A stretch of DNA of 59,764 nucleotides, filler included. It is 4 parts of 4 records of this genome, joined end to end, with 100 filler letters (N's around TTAATTAATTAA, not from the genome) between each part and the next. Parts side by side here need not be neighbours in the genome. Positions count along the whole stretch, not along the records: positions 38,230 to 49,171 come from SRR31156797_3591; positions 49,272 to 59,764 come from SRR31156797_3596; 2 more parts are not named here. One strand, given 5' to 3'. Shown piece after piece: positions 45,984-57,322 of the stretch. A program made the translations under genes and the position numbers. Within the stretch, counting starts at the first letter, position 1, and each line of letters starts with the position of its first letter. Below the pieces are notes generated by a model. It did no database searches. It was not told the DNA's origin and saw only the letters and a list, made by a program, of their open reading frames with translations.

Positions 45984-48900
45984 ATGAATATAGAAGAGAT
46001 GATAGAAAATATAGCCTTTCCTAAAATAGTAAAAAGAGGACTTGAGTACTATTATGAGCAAAATGTTATTTCAAATGATATAGAGTATTTGAAAAATGGA
46101 ATAATTAAGGTTAAAGCTGAGGTTAAAGGCAGTAGAAGGAAAAATTATAAAGTTAATATCAGCATAGATTCAAATCTGGTTGAATACCGTTGTACATGTC
46201 CCTATGATTTTGGGGGAGCTTGTAAACATGTTGTAGCAACACTGTATAGTGTTGGTGATAAATTTGCGACTAAAGAAAGTCTTTTTTTTAGTGAAGATGA
46301 AATAATGGAAGATAATAAAATAGAAAGTGAAATTCCGGAGGAAGAGGTATTTTTTGAATTATTATCTATCTTTAACGAAAAAAATGAAGAAAATAAAACC
46401 AAACTGATTGCAAAAGCAGAATTCATAAGCGATATCTGGCAGGGAGAAGGCTTAAGTTTTGGTTTTGAATTAGAGCATAAAGGCAAGAAAACTGTAATAG
46501 AGAATTTAGGGAAATTTGCAAATGCATATATGTTTGAATATGAATTTGTGTATAGAAATAAAATTATATATAATCCAAATGTACATGACTTTTCACTTCA
46601 AAGTAGAATTTTTTTAGAAAATGTTGTGGAATTTTTTAAGGATAGAAAAATAGGAAAAACTTTAGATTATGCAATAGACAACGCCTTAGAATTTGTTGAA
46701 AAATTAATAGAAAGTAACATGGAATTCTATATAGGCGGAACTAGATTTGATAAGACTGAAAAATTCAGGTTACCTTTGAATATAAAAAAATATAATCATA
46801 AAATAAGATTAGAAATGTTTGGAAGTGATTTTCATGTTTCTAAAAACTTAATTGCTTTTAACAATAAAGTTTTTTGGTTTGATTACAAAGAGAAAGATTT
46901 TATACTATCAATGCTGGAATTTTTCTCAAGAAATAAATGGATAGAGATATCTGATAATAATAGAACAAGAACAGGAGATTTATTAAAGCAGTTTAGTTCT
47001 AATATAGAGTATGTGTCAAAAAATCAAGAGTTAATTGGAATAGAAAAAATTAAGTGGAAGTTTTATTTTGAAAAAGCTGAAGATAATGCAGTTGTATGTA
47101 GTGTTAAGAGTTTTGATAAAGAAGAAGAGATTGATATCTTTAATGAAAAAACTGAAATTTATGGAAAAGAGGATGTTCTTTTTGAGATAGAAAAATATCT
47201 TATTAATAATGGTTTTGAGGGAGAAAACGGAAGCTATAGATTAGCGGATGATGAAGAGATATATGATTTTCTATCAAAAGATTTGAAGATATTAAAAAGA
47301 AGAGGAGACGTATATTTTTCAGAGAATTTTGAGGATTTAAGATTAAATAATAGTTTTAAAATAGATTCGACTATTAATTATATTGGGCATGAAAAACTTA
47401 TAAATATCAATTTTTCTCTTAATGACATAGATGAGATTGATTTAAAGACACTTCTTGCGAACTATAAGAGAAAAGCAAAATTTTATAGATTAACAGATGG
47501 AAGTTTTCTTGATTTGCGAAATAAAAAGATGGAAAAATTAGTTGATACTATGCAGTTGTTAGATAAAAATGATATTCAAAATTTGAATTTTCCACAAACC
47601 AGTTTACTATATTTAAATCAAAAAATTAAAGAATTGAAATTAGGAAAAGTTCAACAAAATAAAGAGTTAAAAGAGTATTTAAATGCTTTCAAGTCTAAGC
47701 CTGAATTTAAACTTAGTGATTATTATATTAACTTACTAAGAGAATATCAAAAAGAAGGTGTAGATTGGTTAGCAAAACTCTCTAAATTTAATCTGGGCGG
47801 AATACTGGCTGATGATATGGGGCTTGGGAAAACACTTCAAGTTTTGGCATTTATTAACAGTTTGAAAGAATCTAAAACTTCACTGATTGTGGTACCAAAA
47901 TCACTTCTATATAACTGGACAAGAGAGATATCGAAATTTGCTCAGGATTTAAACTATATATCAATTGATGGAAGTAAAGCTGAGCGAAGAGTCTTAATAA
48001 GTAAAATAGATAAACAAAAAGTTGTTTTAACTTCTTATTCTTTACTTAGGCAGGATATAGAACTATATGAAGAGAAAGAGTTCGAATATATGTTCATCGA
48101 TGAAGCTCAACATATAAAAAATCCTATTGCAAAATTAACAAAAGCAGTTAAACAAATCAAAGCAGAAAAACGATTCGCTATGACAGGGACACCTGTTGAA
48201 AATAAACTGGATGAACTATGGAGTATATTTGATTATATTATGCCTTCTTATCTGAATAGTTTAGAGGTCTTTCAGGAGTTATATGGCACTCTCAGCAAAG
48301 ATAAGTTAAATGATCTGAAATTAAGAGTTGAGCCGTTTATTATTCGAAGAACAAAAGAGGAAGTTTTAACAGAACTGCCAGATAAATTGGAAACAGAAGT
48401 TTTCGTTGAACTGGATAAGAAAGAGAAAACACTCTACAGAAGTTATGTAGATGAGTTTTACAAAGATTATGATGATAAAACAAGTAAATTGCAAATATTA
48501 ACGGTGCTGCTAAAATTAAGGCAAATTTGCTGTCATACAAAGTTAATTGATGAAAAATATATCGGTAAAAGCTCGAAACAGGAAGCACTGGAAGAGGTTG
48601 TAAATGATGCCCTTGATGGTGGACATAGAATACTTGTGTTTTCTCAATTTACCTCTATGCTGAAGATACTGGAGAAGAGTTTGAATAAGCATAAAATAGA
48701 AACATTTTATTTAGATGGGAAAACTCCTGCCAAAAAGAGACTTGATCTAGTGGATGAATTTAACTCAGGCAAAGGTGAAGTGTTCTTGATCTCGCTAAAA
48801 GCTGGAGGTACAGGACTTAATCTAATTGGAGCAGATACAGTTATTCACTATGACCCATGGTGGAATCCCGCTGTTGAAAATCAAGCTAGTGATAGAGTGT

Positions 48901-49079
48901 ATAGAATGGGACAGGAAAAAAATGTCCAAATAATAAAACTACTAACAAAAGGTACTATCGAAGAAAAAATATTTAAGATTCAGAAAAATAAACAGAAACT
49001 AGTTGATTCAGTATTAAATGTTGATGCTAAAAAAGAGATATTAGAAAAAGATTTGATGAAGTTATTAACTATGGAATAA
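45984..49079 (+). CDS. SWIM zinc finger + SNF2-family helicase
   Basis: CTCPYDFGGACKHVVA (SWIM); LADDMGLGKT, DEAQHIKN, MTGTPVEN, SLKAGGTGLNL, WWNPAVENQASDRVYRMGQ. Confidence 0.95.
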   Translation: MNIEEMIENIAFPKIVKRGLEYYYEQNVISNDIEYLKNGIIKVKAEVKGSRRKNYKVNISIDSNLVEYRCTCPYDFGGACKHVVATLYSVGDKFATKESLFFSEDEIMEDNKIESEIPEEEVFFELLSIFNEKNEENKTKLIAKAEFISDIWQGEGLSFGFELEHKGKKTVIENLGKFANAYMFEYEFVYRNKIIYNPNVHDFSLQSRIFLENVVEFFKDRKIGKTLDYAIDNALEFVEKLIESNMEFYIGGTRFDKTEKFRLPLNIKKYNHKIRLEMFGSDFHVSKNLIAFNNKVFWFDYKEKDFILSMLEFFSRNKWIEISDNNRTRTGDLLKQFSSNIEYVSKNQELIGIEKIKWKFYFEKAEDNAVVCSVKSFDKEEEIDIFNEKTEIYGKEDVLFEIEKYLINNGFEGENGSYRLADDEEIYDFLSKDLKILKRRGDVYFSENFEDLRLNNSFKIDSTINYIGHEKLININFSLNDIDEIDLKTLLANYKRKAKFYRLTDGSFLDLRNKKMEKLVDTMQLLDKNDIQNLNFPQTSLLYLNQKIKELKLGKVQQNKELKEYLNAFKSKPEFKLSDYYINLLREYQKEGVDWLAKLSKFNLGGILADDMGLGKTLQVLAFINSLKESKTSLIVVPKSLLYNWTREISKFAQDLNYISIDGSKAERRVLISKIDKQKVVLTSYSLLRQDIELYEEKEFEYMFIDEAQHIKNPIAKLTKAVKQIKAEKRFAMTGTPVENKLDELWSIFDYIMPSYLNSLEVFQELYGTLSKDKLNDLKLRVEPFIIRRTKEEVLTELPDKLETEVFVELDKKEKTLYRSYVDEFYKDYDDKTSKLQILTVLLKLRQICCHTKLIDEKYIGKSSKQEALEEVVNDALDGGHRILVFSQFTSMLKILEKSLNKHKIETFYLDGKTPAKKRLDLVDEFNSGKGEVFLISLKAGGTGLNLIGADTVIHYDPWWNPAVENQASDRVYRMGQEKNVQIIKLLTKGTIEEKIFKIQKNKQKLVDSVLNVDAKKEILEKDLMKLLTME

Positions 49080-49171
49080 ATCAATCAAACAACAGGGAAG
49101 ATAGAGGTATCTGTAATATATATAAAAGAGATTAGTTGAGATATAATGGAACCTGTAAACTGGACACTAAA

Positions 49172-49271
49172 NNNNNNNNNNNNNNNNNNNNNNNNNNNNN
49201 NNNNNNNNNNNNNNNTTAATTAATTAANNNNNNNNNNNNNNNNNNNNNNNNNNNNNNNNNNNNNNNNNNNN
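49172..49271. other. Artificial contig linker
   Basis: N-run + TTAATTAATTAA + N-run. Confidence 0.97.
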
Positions 49272-49278
49272 CTTAGCT

Positions 49279-49296
49279 CCTTTGGCCGCCGGAGGC
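49279..49296 (-). repeat. Interspersed repeat arm GCCTCCGGCGGCCAAAGG
   Basis: Reverse complement shares GCCTCCGGCGG and GGCCAAAG with the element at 59709-59749. Confidence 0.55.
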
Positions 49297-49327
49297 GAAA
49301 TTAAACTATTAAAAGGGCAAAGCGCAT

Positions 49328-50608
49328 CTACTGCTTCTTTTTCCCATCTCCGAGATAAGGGTTGAAATACCCGAAGTTAACCCACGGACATTCGGTCTTG
49401 ATCCGCTTGCGAAAGTTGATGAAGCCCATGCCCGGACCGAATTCGTATGGCTCCATGAGTTCCATGTACAGGTCGGGGTCGATGTTCAGGTTACGCAGCT
49501 GGATGAAATCGAACTTGGTTTGTTTGGCGATTTCAACGAGAGCGCCGACTTCGAATTCCGTATCGCTGATTCCTGGAAAATATAGATAGTTCAGGGAAAC
49601 GTGCAGTCCCAGTTCCTTGGCCTTGCCGATTGTTGCTACCACATCTTCGAACTTGTAGCCCTTGGGACGGTAGTAGGTATTGTAAACAGGCTCGCGCAGA
49701 CTGTTCAGGCTGATTCTGATTGAGTTCAGACCTGCTGTAGCAAGTGGTTCCATCGCTTCGGTGATGGAGCCGTTGGTGTTGATGTTTACCGTTCCTATGC
49801 CGCCCTCATCCCGGTATTTTCTGATGGCTTCGGTGAGTAATACGTGCTCGGTGAGTGGCTCTCCTTCGCATCCCTGTCCAAATGAGAATACTGGTTTGCG
49901 TTCACGCTTAGCGTGGAAATGCATGATCTGAGTGATCTCCTCGGCAGTGGGCGTGAATTTGATGCGTTCCTGCGGGGAGGGAAAACCGGAGTCTTCTGGT
50001 TGTTCGGAAATACAGCCGATGCAGCGGGCGTTGCAGGTCCGGGAAGTAGGCAGGGGTGCTTCAAAGCGTCCCAGAGCGAGGTTCTTTGCTGCAGGACAAC
50101 AATAAGTCAATGCGCATCCGGCCAGATGGCGAACCAGCCTGTTGTCGGGCATTTCCTTCAACATGCGGTGGGCACCGGCATCGATTTTCTTGTTCGGGAT
50201 TTTGGTGAAAACCTGACGCTTGTCCTCGTCCACCTTTTTGGCGGTGACCCAGAATTTGCCGTTGGCGTAGCCTACTGCTCCGTATGAGAACATGGGCAGT
50301 ACAGGGGCATCATCAGTGTTTCCGTAGGCAGCAAGTCCGGTCAGGGTGTGTCCGGGGCAGGGGAATGCGGTAACCGCAGTTCCTTCCACTTCGACAACTT
50401 CACCGGTTTCCGGATCAAGGCCGATGGGGAATCTGCCCGGAAGCAGGAAAAATTCACTGTCCGGGGGCAGGGGGATGTATTCCTCAGGCTTGGGCTGGAA
50501 CAGCTCGTCGCCGCGGCGGCACATCATTTCAAGCTCGGGATGGTCATATATCTGGCCGTCATCGTCAGCAAATACGAGTAACGGGCGCGGTTTCTTTTTA
50601 GCAGCCAT
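49328..50608 (-). CDS. Uncharacterised radical SAM protein
   Basis: CNARCIGC (CxxxCxxC), SFGQGCEGEP, NTNGS, SIRISLNS. Confidence 0.9.
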   Translation of the reverse strand: MAAKKKPRPLLVFADDDGQIYDHPELEMMCRRGDELFQPKPEEYIPLPPDSEFFLLPGRFPIGLDPETGEVVEVEGTAVTAFPCPGHTLTGLAAYGNTDDAPVLPMFSYGAVGYANGKFWVTAKKVDEDKRQVFTKIPNKKIDAGAHRMLKEMPDNRLVRHLAGCALTYCCPAAKNLALGRFEAPLPTSRTCNARCIGCISEQPEDSGFPSPQERIKFTPTAEEITQIMHFHAKRERKPVFSFGQGCEGEPLTEHVLLTEAIRKYRDEGGIGTVNINTNGSITEAMEPLATAGLNSIRISLNSLREPVYNTYYRPKGYKFEDVVATIGKAKELGLHVSLNYLYFPGISDTEFEVGALVEIAKQTKFDFIQLRNLNIDPDLYMELMEPYEFGPGMGFINFRKRIKTECPWVNFGYFNPYLGDGKKKQ

Positions 50609-50622
50609 TAATCTGGTCCTGT

Positions 50623-52038
50623 TTATTTAATTGGTGGTTTTGGAATTGTTGTGATCAGGGTCGTACCCTTTTCTTCTGAAGTTGTGAATGAAATATCTCC
50701 ACCTGAGGCACTGGCAATGAGTCGTGCGCTGTAGGTGCCCAGCCCGGTACCGTTTTTCTTGCCGTAGGTGGTATAGCGATCAAAGAATGTTTCGCGGATG
50801 CTGACCGGGATTTCGCCCATATTGTGGATTTTGGTAGTGATGAAGCGGCTGTCTTCTGTGATAGTGATGGTTATGGTAGAATTCTCCGGAGCCGCTTCTG
50901 CTGCGTTCTTGAGCAGGTTGGAAAACATGGTGATGATCAGTGATGCTTCGCCGTAGCAAACGATGAAACATTCCTCGGTGATTGGTTCTCCGGCTTGAAG
51001 GCTGACGATATTCAGATTTTTATCCTCCACCAACTGGCTCAGGTCGCCGATGGCGGCACTGATGGCTGTGTAGAGGTTAAAGGGATGGGCATCCGCTTTA
51101 AGGGAACCTGTTTCCAGTCGGATCAGGGTCAAGGAGGTGTCGATCTGTCGGATCATGCGTTCACTGGTCTTGCGTACAATTTCAGCCAGCGGCTGGAATT
51201 CTTTATCAAGTCCGGCTTCGGTTTCAAGAATACGTGACATGCCCACTATATTAGCGGTGGGGGAGCGCAGATCGTGTCTTGCAATTCGCTCCATTTCCTC
51301 ACGTAGCTGCATCTGCTGACGCTGTGCGGTTACATCGACAGCCAGCAGCATGAATACTGAAGGGGCAACCTGATCCACGGTAAGATCCCAGAAACGCTCG
51401 TATGCATTCACTGATTTTAGATAATGCAGGTGGTAGGATTCCTGGTCGGAAAAAATATTTTGGCGCACTTCGTCGGAAAGTGCGGATATGAATGGGGGAG
51501 CCTGCTCGTATTCAAAAGCCGGGAGCTGCTCATGGGAGGCCTTGTTAGCAAGTATTGTTTCTTCGGTTCTGGTGCTGATCAGCAGGGCTGGAAAAGGCAG
51601 ACTCTGCAGTATCAAGCCGTAAAGATTGGCGTCTTCTTCATGCTCTTTTTTGCGGAGATGCTGGGCTTGAAAATTTTGTATGAAAGTAAGCAGCTTTTCT
51701 TTGGATACAGTGGAAGGCAGAAAGGATATGTTGTGGAAATCAAAGAGCGGCTCAAAGGATTCTGGTTTTGCGGTGTTGATAATAAAGAGTGCATCTGCAT
51801 CCTCATTTACTTCGCGGATGCTGGAAAAGGTCTGACAGGTGTCATTCTGTTCAGCCATGATGACCAGATCAGGCTGCTGACTGGCGTAAGTGAAAAGGGT
51901 TTCCCTTGGGGAGCGGGTTATGGATACCGCATGCCCGAGATCATGTAGCATAGGCATGAGAGTATGGATTACCGGACTTTTACCGGTAATCAGGATGTTC
52001 AGCTTCGCATATTCATCACAGTGGCATGAGTGCGGCAT
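50623..52038 (-). CDS. Cytoplasmic sensor histidine kinase with N-terminal degenerate receiver-like domain
   Basis: RHDLRSP H-box, NLLKNA, GTGLGTY; N-terminal QPDLVIMAE. Confidence 0.88.
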   Translation of the reverse strand: MPHSCHCDEYAKLNILITGKSPVIHTLMPMLHDLGHAVSITRSPRETLFTYASQQPDLVIMAEQNDTCQTFSSIREVNEDADALFIINTAKPESFEPLFDFHNISFLPSTVSKEKLLTFIQNFQAQHLRKKEHEEDANLYGLILQSLPFPALLISTRTEETILANKASHEQLPAFEYEQAPPFISALSDEVRQNIFSDQESYHLHYLKSVNAYERFWDLTVDQVAPSVFMLLAVDVTAQRQQMQLREEMERIARHDLRSPTANIVGMSRILETEAGLDKEFQPLAEIVRKTSERMIRQIDTSLTLIRLETGSLKADAHPFNLYTAISAAIGDLSQLVEDKNLNIVSLQAGEPITEECFIVCYGEASLIITMFSNLLKNAAEAAPENSTITITITEDSRFITTKIHNMGEIPVSIRETFFDRYTTYGKKNGTGLGTYSARLIASASGGDISFTTSEEKGTTLITTIPKPPIK

Positions 52039-52079
52039 GTTGGCTCCTGTTTAGGGTGCTTGCAGTGGCAGCGTTTTGA

Positions 52080-53330
52080 TCAGGAAGTGCCGGGGATCTG
52101 GAAAAAGCTGTTCGCCCAGCGGGTGGACTCGTAATAGCTTTTAGCGACCATGACCGGGTCAAGTTCCAATTCGCCGAGCAGAAAGTCAAGATTATCCCAG
52201 TCTCCGGATTCAAAAAAGGTGATGAGGTCCAGATATCTGCTGTAAAAATTTTCTTCTCCGCACAGGGCCTGATTGATTTCATCTTCAAGGGGCAGGTAAC
52301 TGGTCAGCTCCTTCATGGGCAGGTCGAACATAGCACTGAGCAGGGAAAAAAGTCCAAGCAGGAACATGGAATCAACCGGTAGTTCCTTGCTGGATTTCTG
52401 AGCCAGCAATTGCAAAAATTTTGCTCTTTGGGTGGCTAGTTGCGGTAGTTCGCGGCTTTTATCTTTGGGGGTAAGGTCGGTGAGCAGGATGACCCGCAGC
52501 CAGTTTTTAACCATTTTCCATCCGGCCAGCACAAGAGCCTGCTTGATGGAGGTTATCTTTTGGGAAAACCCGAAAGTAGGGGAGTTCAGAAGGGTCAGCA
52601 GTCTGAAACTGATGGATACATCATTCTGTAAAGCTTCAGCCATGGCCTCGAAGTCCGGGGATGGATCTTCGATGAGTTTGAGCAGCTTAAGTTTGACAAT
52701 TTCGCCGGAGCGCAGTTTACGGCCTTTTACATTTTCCGGACGCTTGAAATAGAAGCCCTGAAAAAAGTTGAAACCCAGTTCCTGAGCCATATTGAATTGG
52801 TCTGTGTTTTCCACCCGTTTGGCGATGAGCTTGGTCTCGTATTCCTTGCAAAGGTCGCAGATGCGTTCCAGCTTTTCTTTATCTGCGGAAAGGAAATCGA
52901 CAATAATGGCATCGGCATAGGCTATGAGAAATTCCCCTTGGGGGCGTGCTTCAAAGTCATCAATGGCAATATAGAAGCCATCATTGGAGAGTTCTTGTAA
53001 GGCTTTTATAAGATTAGGGGTGGGCGGAGTTGTTTCAGGAATCTGAACAACTGTTTTTCCCGCAGGCAGTGAGTAAGGTACCTTGTCAATAATGGCTTTG
53101 TGCGAAAAATTAACTACCAGCTTTACATTATCCGGTAGATTTTTACCGGGAGCCGCGCACAGGTCAGCCGCAACGCGCAGAGTCGCCTTATAGCTATCGG
53201 AAAAATCCGCGCTTGTGGCTTCGCTGCTGTTGCGGAAAAGCAACTCATATCCCCATAGAGATTGATCCGGCATGAGGATTGGCTGCCGTGCAAAAAAAGT
53301 TTTGTCGTAAAGCGGTTTTTTACGGGACAT
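52080..53330 (-). CDS. EAL/HDOD domain protein (YuxH/CdgJ-like)
   Basis: FFARQPI…GYELLFR, IAIDDF, FQGFYF, LLNSP…ITSIKQAL, FLLGLFSLL. Confidence 0.9.
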   Translation of the reverse strand: MSRKKPLYDKTFFARQPILMPDQSLWGYELLFRNSSEATSADFSDSYKATLRVAADLCAAPGKNLPDNVKLVVNFSHKAIIDKVPYSLPAGKTVVQIPETTPPTPNLIKALQELSNDGFYIAIDDFEARPQGEFLIAYADAIIVDFLSADKEKLERICDLCKEYETKLIAKRVENTDQFNMAQELGFNFFQGFYFKRPENVKGRKLRSGEIVKLKLLKLIEDPSPDFEAMAEALQNDVSISFRLLTLLNSPTFGFSQKITSIKQALVLAGWKMVKNWLRVILLTDLTPKDKSRELPQLATQRAKFLQLLAQKSSKELPVDSMFLLGLFSLLSAMFDLPMKELTSYLPLEDEINQALCGEENFYSRYLDLITFFESGDWDNLDFLLGELELDPVMVAKSYYESTRWANSFFQIPGTS

Positions 53331-53571
53331 ATTTTTAAATAATTCCTGCTATCTGTTTCGCTAAGGAATATATTTTTTTTTGTTGAATATCCAGAGCTTC
53401 AGTGTTGTGAGAATGTATATCATCTAAAAAAGGCTAAAACCTTAAAAAATAATTAACTTTATAAAATCTCTTATAGTTTCGTTTTTGTCTAATTTGTACT
53501 ACTTCTTTTCGGTTTAGCACAAAGGTGACTTTTGAATATATAAAGCTGGGAAAATGTATTTCAGAAAGCAT

Positions 53572-53605
53572 AAAAAAAGGCGGAACCGCAATAGCAGTTC
53601 CGCCT
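53572..53605 (-). terminator. Intrinsic terminator after rplM-rpsI
   Basis: Minus strand aggcggaac…gttccgcc-ttttttt. Confidence 0.8.
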
Positions 53606-53637
53606 GAATGGTCTTGCGAATATATTCGCAGTACTTC

Positions 53638-54030
53638 TTAACGTTTGGAGTACTGGAATTTTGCACGAGCACCGGGCTGACCGTATTTTTTACGCTCTTT
53701 CTTACGAGCGTCACGTGTCAGGAGACCAGCGCGTTTGAGGATAGCACGAAGTTCGGGATCTATCTCAATAAGTGCGCGGGAGATGCCGTGTCTTACAGCC
53801 TGTGCCTGACCAGCAACTCCACCGCCGTCAGCGTTGACTTTGATGTCATACTTACCGAGGGTCTTGGTCAGTTTCAGGGGCTGCTGAACGATCATCTGCA
53901 GTGTTTTACGAGGAAAATAATCTTCGTAAGGTTTACCGTTAACGGTGATTGCACCGGTTCCCTCATAAAGGCGGGTACGGGCAACAGCGTTCTTTCTTCT
54001 GCCGGTAGCGTAATTGAAATCTTTACTCAT
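53638..54030 (-). CDS. rpsI: 30S ribosomal protein S9
   Basis: [12 protein letters not shown]…[14 protein letters not shown]…ERKKYG…QYSKR. Confidence 0.98.
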   Translation of the reverse strand: MSKDFNYATGRRKNAVARTRLYEGTGAITVNGKPYEDYFPRKTLQMIVQQPLKLTKTLGKYDIKVNADGGGVAGQAQAVRHGISRALIEIDPELRAILKRAGLLTRDARKKERKKYGQPGARAKFQYSKR

Positions 54031-54049
54031 TTTATTGCTCCACCCTTAA

Positions 54050-54478
54050 TTAGAATTCCAGTACTTTGGGCTGCTGTGCAGTATGCGGATGGTCAGTGCC
54101 AGCGTATACTTTCAGCTTTTTGATAATCTGCTTACCGAGGCGGTTCTTAGGAAGCATGCCGCGGACTGCAGTTTCGATGACTACTTCAGGCTTCTTCTCA
54201 AGCATAACTTTGAGAGTTCTTTCTTTCAGACCACCGGGGTGGTTAGTGTGCTTGTAGTAAGTCTTCTGATCCATTTTGTTACCGGTAACCCTGATTTTGT
54301 CAGCGTTCAGAACGACGACGAAATCACCAGTGTCAACATGAGGAGTGAACATAGCTTTGTCTTTTCCTCTGAGCTTGTTGGCAATCTGGGTTGCGAGGCG
54401 ACCGAGAACCATATCTTTAGCATCAACTACGAACCATTCGCGGCTGATGTCTTCATCTTTAGGGATATATGTTTTCAT
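54050..54478 (-). CDS. rplM: 50S ribosomal protein L13
   Basis: MKTY…WFVVDA…LGRLA…FTPHVDTGD…VRGMLPKN…HPHTAQQP. Confidence 0.98.
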   Translation of the reverse strand: MKTYIPKDEDISREWFVVDAKDMVLGRLATQIANKLRGKDKAMFTPHVDTGDFVVVLNADKIRVTGNKMDQKTYYKHTNHPGGLKERTLKVMLEKKPEVVIETAVRGMLPKNRLGKQIIKKLKVYAGTDHPHTAQQPKVLEF

Positions 54479-54568
54479 TAGAAATGCTCCTTGCATAAAA
54501 TCTGGGAAGGGGATGTATACAAACTTTGACCGTTGGCTGTCAAGCTTAAAAATCCCTTTTTTCTCAGA

Positions 54569-57211
54569 CTATGAATCTGCAACCAGTTTCTTAAGGGTTG
54601 CGAATGCTTTTTCAATACCAGCGGGGTTGGTACCACCGGCCTGCGCCATATCGGGCCTGCCGCCACCACCACCGCCTACCTCAGCCGCAACGGGTTTGAT
54701 TAATGCGCCTGCCTGGAATCTATCGTGCAAGTCCTTGGTCACGGCGATAATCAGGGAAACTTTATTGTCATCAACCTGTGCCATGAGGCAGAAGATGCCG
54801 GAATCCATTTTGGATCTCAATGCATCAGCCTGATCGCGCAGGGCTTTGACATTTGTAACTTCGAGCTTGGCTGCGAGAACTTTTACGCCGCCAATCTCTT
54901 CAACGGAACTCAACAGGTCCGCACCTGCACCGGAAGCCAATTTTGACTGAAGCTTGTCGTTGGCTTTGGTAAGTTCCTTCACCTGAGACTGCAGAGCCGC
55001 AATTCTGTCGGCCAGCTGTCCGGGTGCTGCTTTGAGCATTGCAGAAGATGTAACGACTTCGGCGCGCTGCTCTTGCAGAAATTTGAGTGAATTCCAGCCG
55101 GTTGAGGCTTCGATGCGGCGGATACCCGCTGCAACGCCGGACTCGGACTGGATCACAAAGGTTCCGGCTTCACCGGTCGCCTTGAGGTGGGTACCACCGC
55201 AAAGTTCCATGGATTCACCAGGAATTTCAACTACTCTGACTACATCACCGTACTTTTCGCCGAACAATGCGGTAGCACCTTTGGCTGCAGCTTCGTCATT
55301 GCTCATTTCCTTTACGACAACGGGAGTGTCGCCCAGTATAGCACGGTTTACCTCATTTTCAACCTGACTGATTTCTTCGGGAGTCATGGCTGCAATGTGG
55401 GTGAAGTCAAAACGCAAACGGTCAGGTCCCACCAATGACCCGGACTGTTTGACATGGTCGCCCAGAATGTTTTTCAGAGCAGCGTGGAGCAGGTGTGTAA
55501 CTGTGTGGTTACGCTCTGTTGCTGTCCTTGTTTCAGGGGCAACCTCAAGCTTGGCTTCCTGCTCAAGCAGCAGTTCGCCTTCGCTTACGAAAACTTTGGA
55601 TGCGGTAAGATTCGCAGAAGCCTTTACTGTTTCCAGTACTTCTGCATTACCGGTCATAGTACCCACTGCACCGCTATCACCCATCTGACCGCCAGACTCG
55701 CCGTAGAAGGGGGTCGCAGCAGTGATGATCCAGCCGCCGTTCCCCTGAGTGATGCGCTCAAGGTGTTCGCCTTCTTCGGAAAGCAGGTTGACGATGCGGG
55801 ACTCAGTGGTCAGCTCGGAGTAGCCGGTGAAGCTGTTCTGGAGACCTGCTTCCAGTACCTGACGGAAGATGGCGCTGGCGTTCTTTTCGCCGGAACCTTT
55901 CCACGCTGCCTTGGCGCGGTCTTTCTGTTCCTTCATGGCTGCGTTGAAGCCGTCTTCATCAACTTCGAATTCCTGCTTCTCAGCAACATCGTTGATGATG
56001 TCCAGCGGGAAGCCGTAGGTATCGTAAAGTTTGAAAGCGGTTTCACCGGAAATGAGGTTCTTGCCTTCTTTCTTCAGCTCTTCCATTTCTTCTTCAAGAA
56101 TGATCAGACCTTTGTCGAGAGTCTGGCTGAAGCGCTCTTCCTCTTCCTTGACCATGCGGGCCATGAAATCCTTGTTGCTCAACAGTTCGGGGAACTGTCC
56201 ACTCATCTGCTCAACAACCATGGCGGTTGTTTCGTGCAGGAAGGGATCGGTCAGGCCGAGCAGACGACCGAAACGGAATGCGCGGCGGATCAGGCGGCGC
56301 AGTACGTAACCACGGCCTTCGTTGGAAGGCAGGATCTGGTCGGTGATCAGGAAAGCAATGGAGCGGGAATGGTCGGCGATAACTTGCAAAGCAGTGTCAA
56401 TTTCGCTGTCTTCCTTGTATTTCACGCCGGCTTTCTTGGCTACAGTCTGAATCATAGGCTGAAAAATATCGGTCTCGAAGTTGGACTGAACTCCCTGACA
56501 AACTGCAGTGATGCGCTCAAGACCCATTCCGGTGTCAATGGATGGGCGGGGCAGCGGAGTGCGGTTGCCGTTCTCGTCCTGATCATACTGCATGAAAACG
56601 AGGTTCCAGATTTCGAGATAGCGGTCACAGTCACATTTGCCGATGCCGCAGTTGGGACCACAGCTCATGTTCTCGCCCTGGTCGATGTGCACTTCGGTGC
56701 AGGGGCCGCAGGGGCCAGTGTCACCCATGGACCAGAAGTTGTCTTTTTCGCCGAGGCGGTAAATACGCTCAGCCGGGAAGTTTACAACCTTCTGCCAGAG
56801 TTCATCTGCTTCATCGTCGTCAGTGTAAATAGTGACGTAAAGTTTTTCTTTGGGGAGCCCAAGTTCTCCGGTGAGGAATTCCCAGCAAAATTTAATGGCG
56901 TCTTCTTTAAAGTAGTCGCCAAAAGAGAAGTTACCCAGCATTTCGAAGAAGGTGTGGTGACGCGCAGTACGGCCTACGTTCTCAAGGTCGTTGTGTTTGC
57001 CGCCCACGCGCAGACACTTCTGAGAAGTGGTAGCTCGTACATAATCCCTTTTTTCCTGACCGATGAAGGTGTTCTTGAATTGAACCATACCCGCGTTGGT
57101 AAAAAGCAGGGTCGGGTCATCTTTGGGAACGAGGGATGAGCTGGCTACGATTGTGTGACCGTTCTTTTCGAAATACTTAAGGAATCTTTCTCTGATTTCA
57201 CTGGCCTTCAT
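54569..57211 (-). CDS. alaS: Alanine--tRNA ligase
   Basis: [64 protein letters not shown]. Confidence 0.98.
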   Translation of the reverse strand: MKASEIRERFLKYFEKNGHTIVASSSLVPKDDPTLLFTNAGMVQFKNTFIGQEKRDYVRATTSQKCLRVGGKHNDLENVGRTARHHTFFEMLGNFSFGDYFKEDAIKFCWEFLTGELGLPKEKLYVTIYTDDDEADELWQKVVNFPAERIYRLGEKDNFWSMGDTGPCGPCTEVHIDQGENMSCGPNCGIGKCDCDRYLEIWNLVFMQYDQDENGNRTPLPRPSIDTGMGLERITAVCQGVQSNFETDIFQPMIQTVAKKAGVKYKEDSEIDTALQVIADHSRSIAFLITDQILPSNEGRGYVLRRLIRRAFRFGRLLGLTDPFLHETTAMVVEQMSGQFPELLSNKDFMARMVKEEEERFSQTLDKGLIILEEEMEELKKEGKNLISGETAFKLYDTYGFPLDIINDVAEKQEFEVDEDGFNAAMKEQKDRAKAAWKGSGEKNASAIFRQVLEAGLQNSFTGYSELTTESRIVNLLSEEGEHLERITQGNGGWIITAATPFYGESGGQMGDSGAVGTMTGNAEVLETVKASANLTASKVFVSEGELLLEQEAKLEVAPETRTATERNHTVTHLLHAALKNILGDHVKQSGSLVGPDRLRFDFTHIAAMTPEEISQVENEVNRAILGDTPVVVKEMSNDEAAAKGATALFGEKYGDVVRVVEIPGESMELCGGTHLKATGEAGTFVIQSESGVAAGIRRIEASTGWNSLKFLQEQRAEVVTSSAMLKAAPGQLADRIAALQSQVKELTKANDKLQSKLASGAGADLLSSVEEIGGVKVLAAKLEVTNVKALRDQADALRSKMDSGIFCLMAQVDDNKVSLIIAVTKDLHDRFQAGALIKPVAAEVGGGGGGRPDMAQAGGTNPAGIEKAFATLKKLVADS

Positions 57212-57322
57212 GGGCTGTCTCCGTAATAGCTATAACACCGAAAAGAGGTATTTCCTGTCGGTTTTATTCTTGGAATCCCGCCTAGGCGGGATCCCTTAAT
57301 GTCTTATCCGGGCCAACAGGCT

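Noticed and set aside
55454-57139. 561-aa plus-strand ORF antisense to alaS
   Set aside because: Shadow ORF from codon bias of a conserved gene; no recognisable motifs
57275-57292. Perfect 18-bp palindrome ATCCCGCCTAGGCGGGAT between recA and alaS
   Set aside because: Single copy; most simply a terminator or stabilising hairpin
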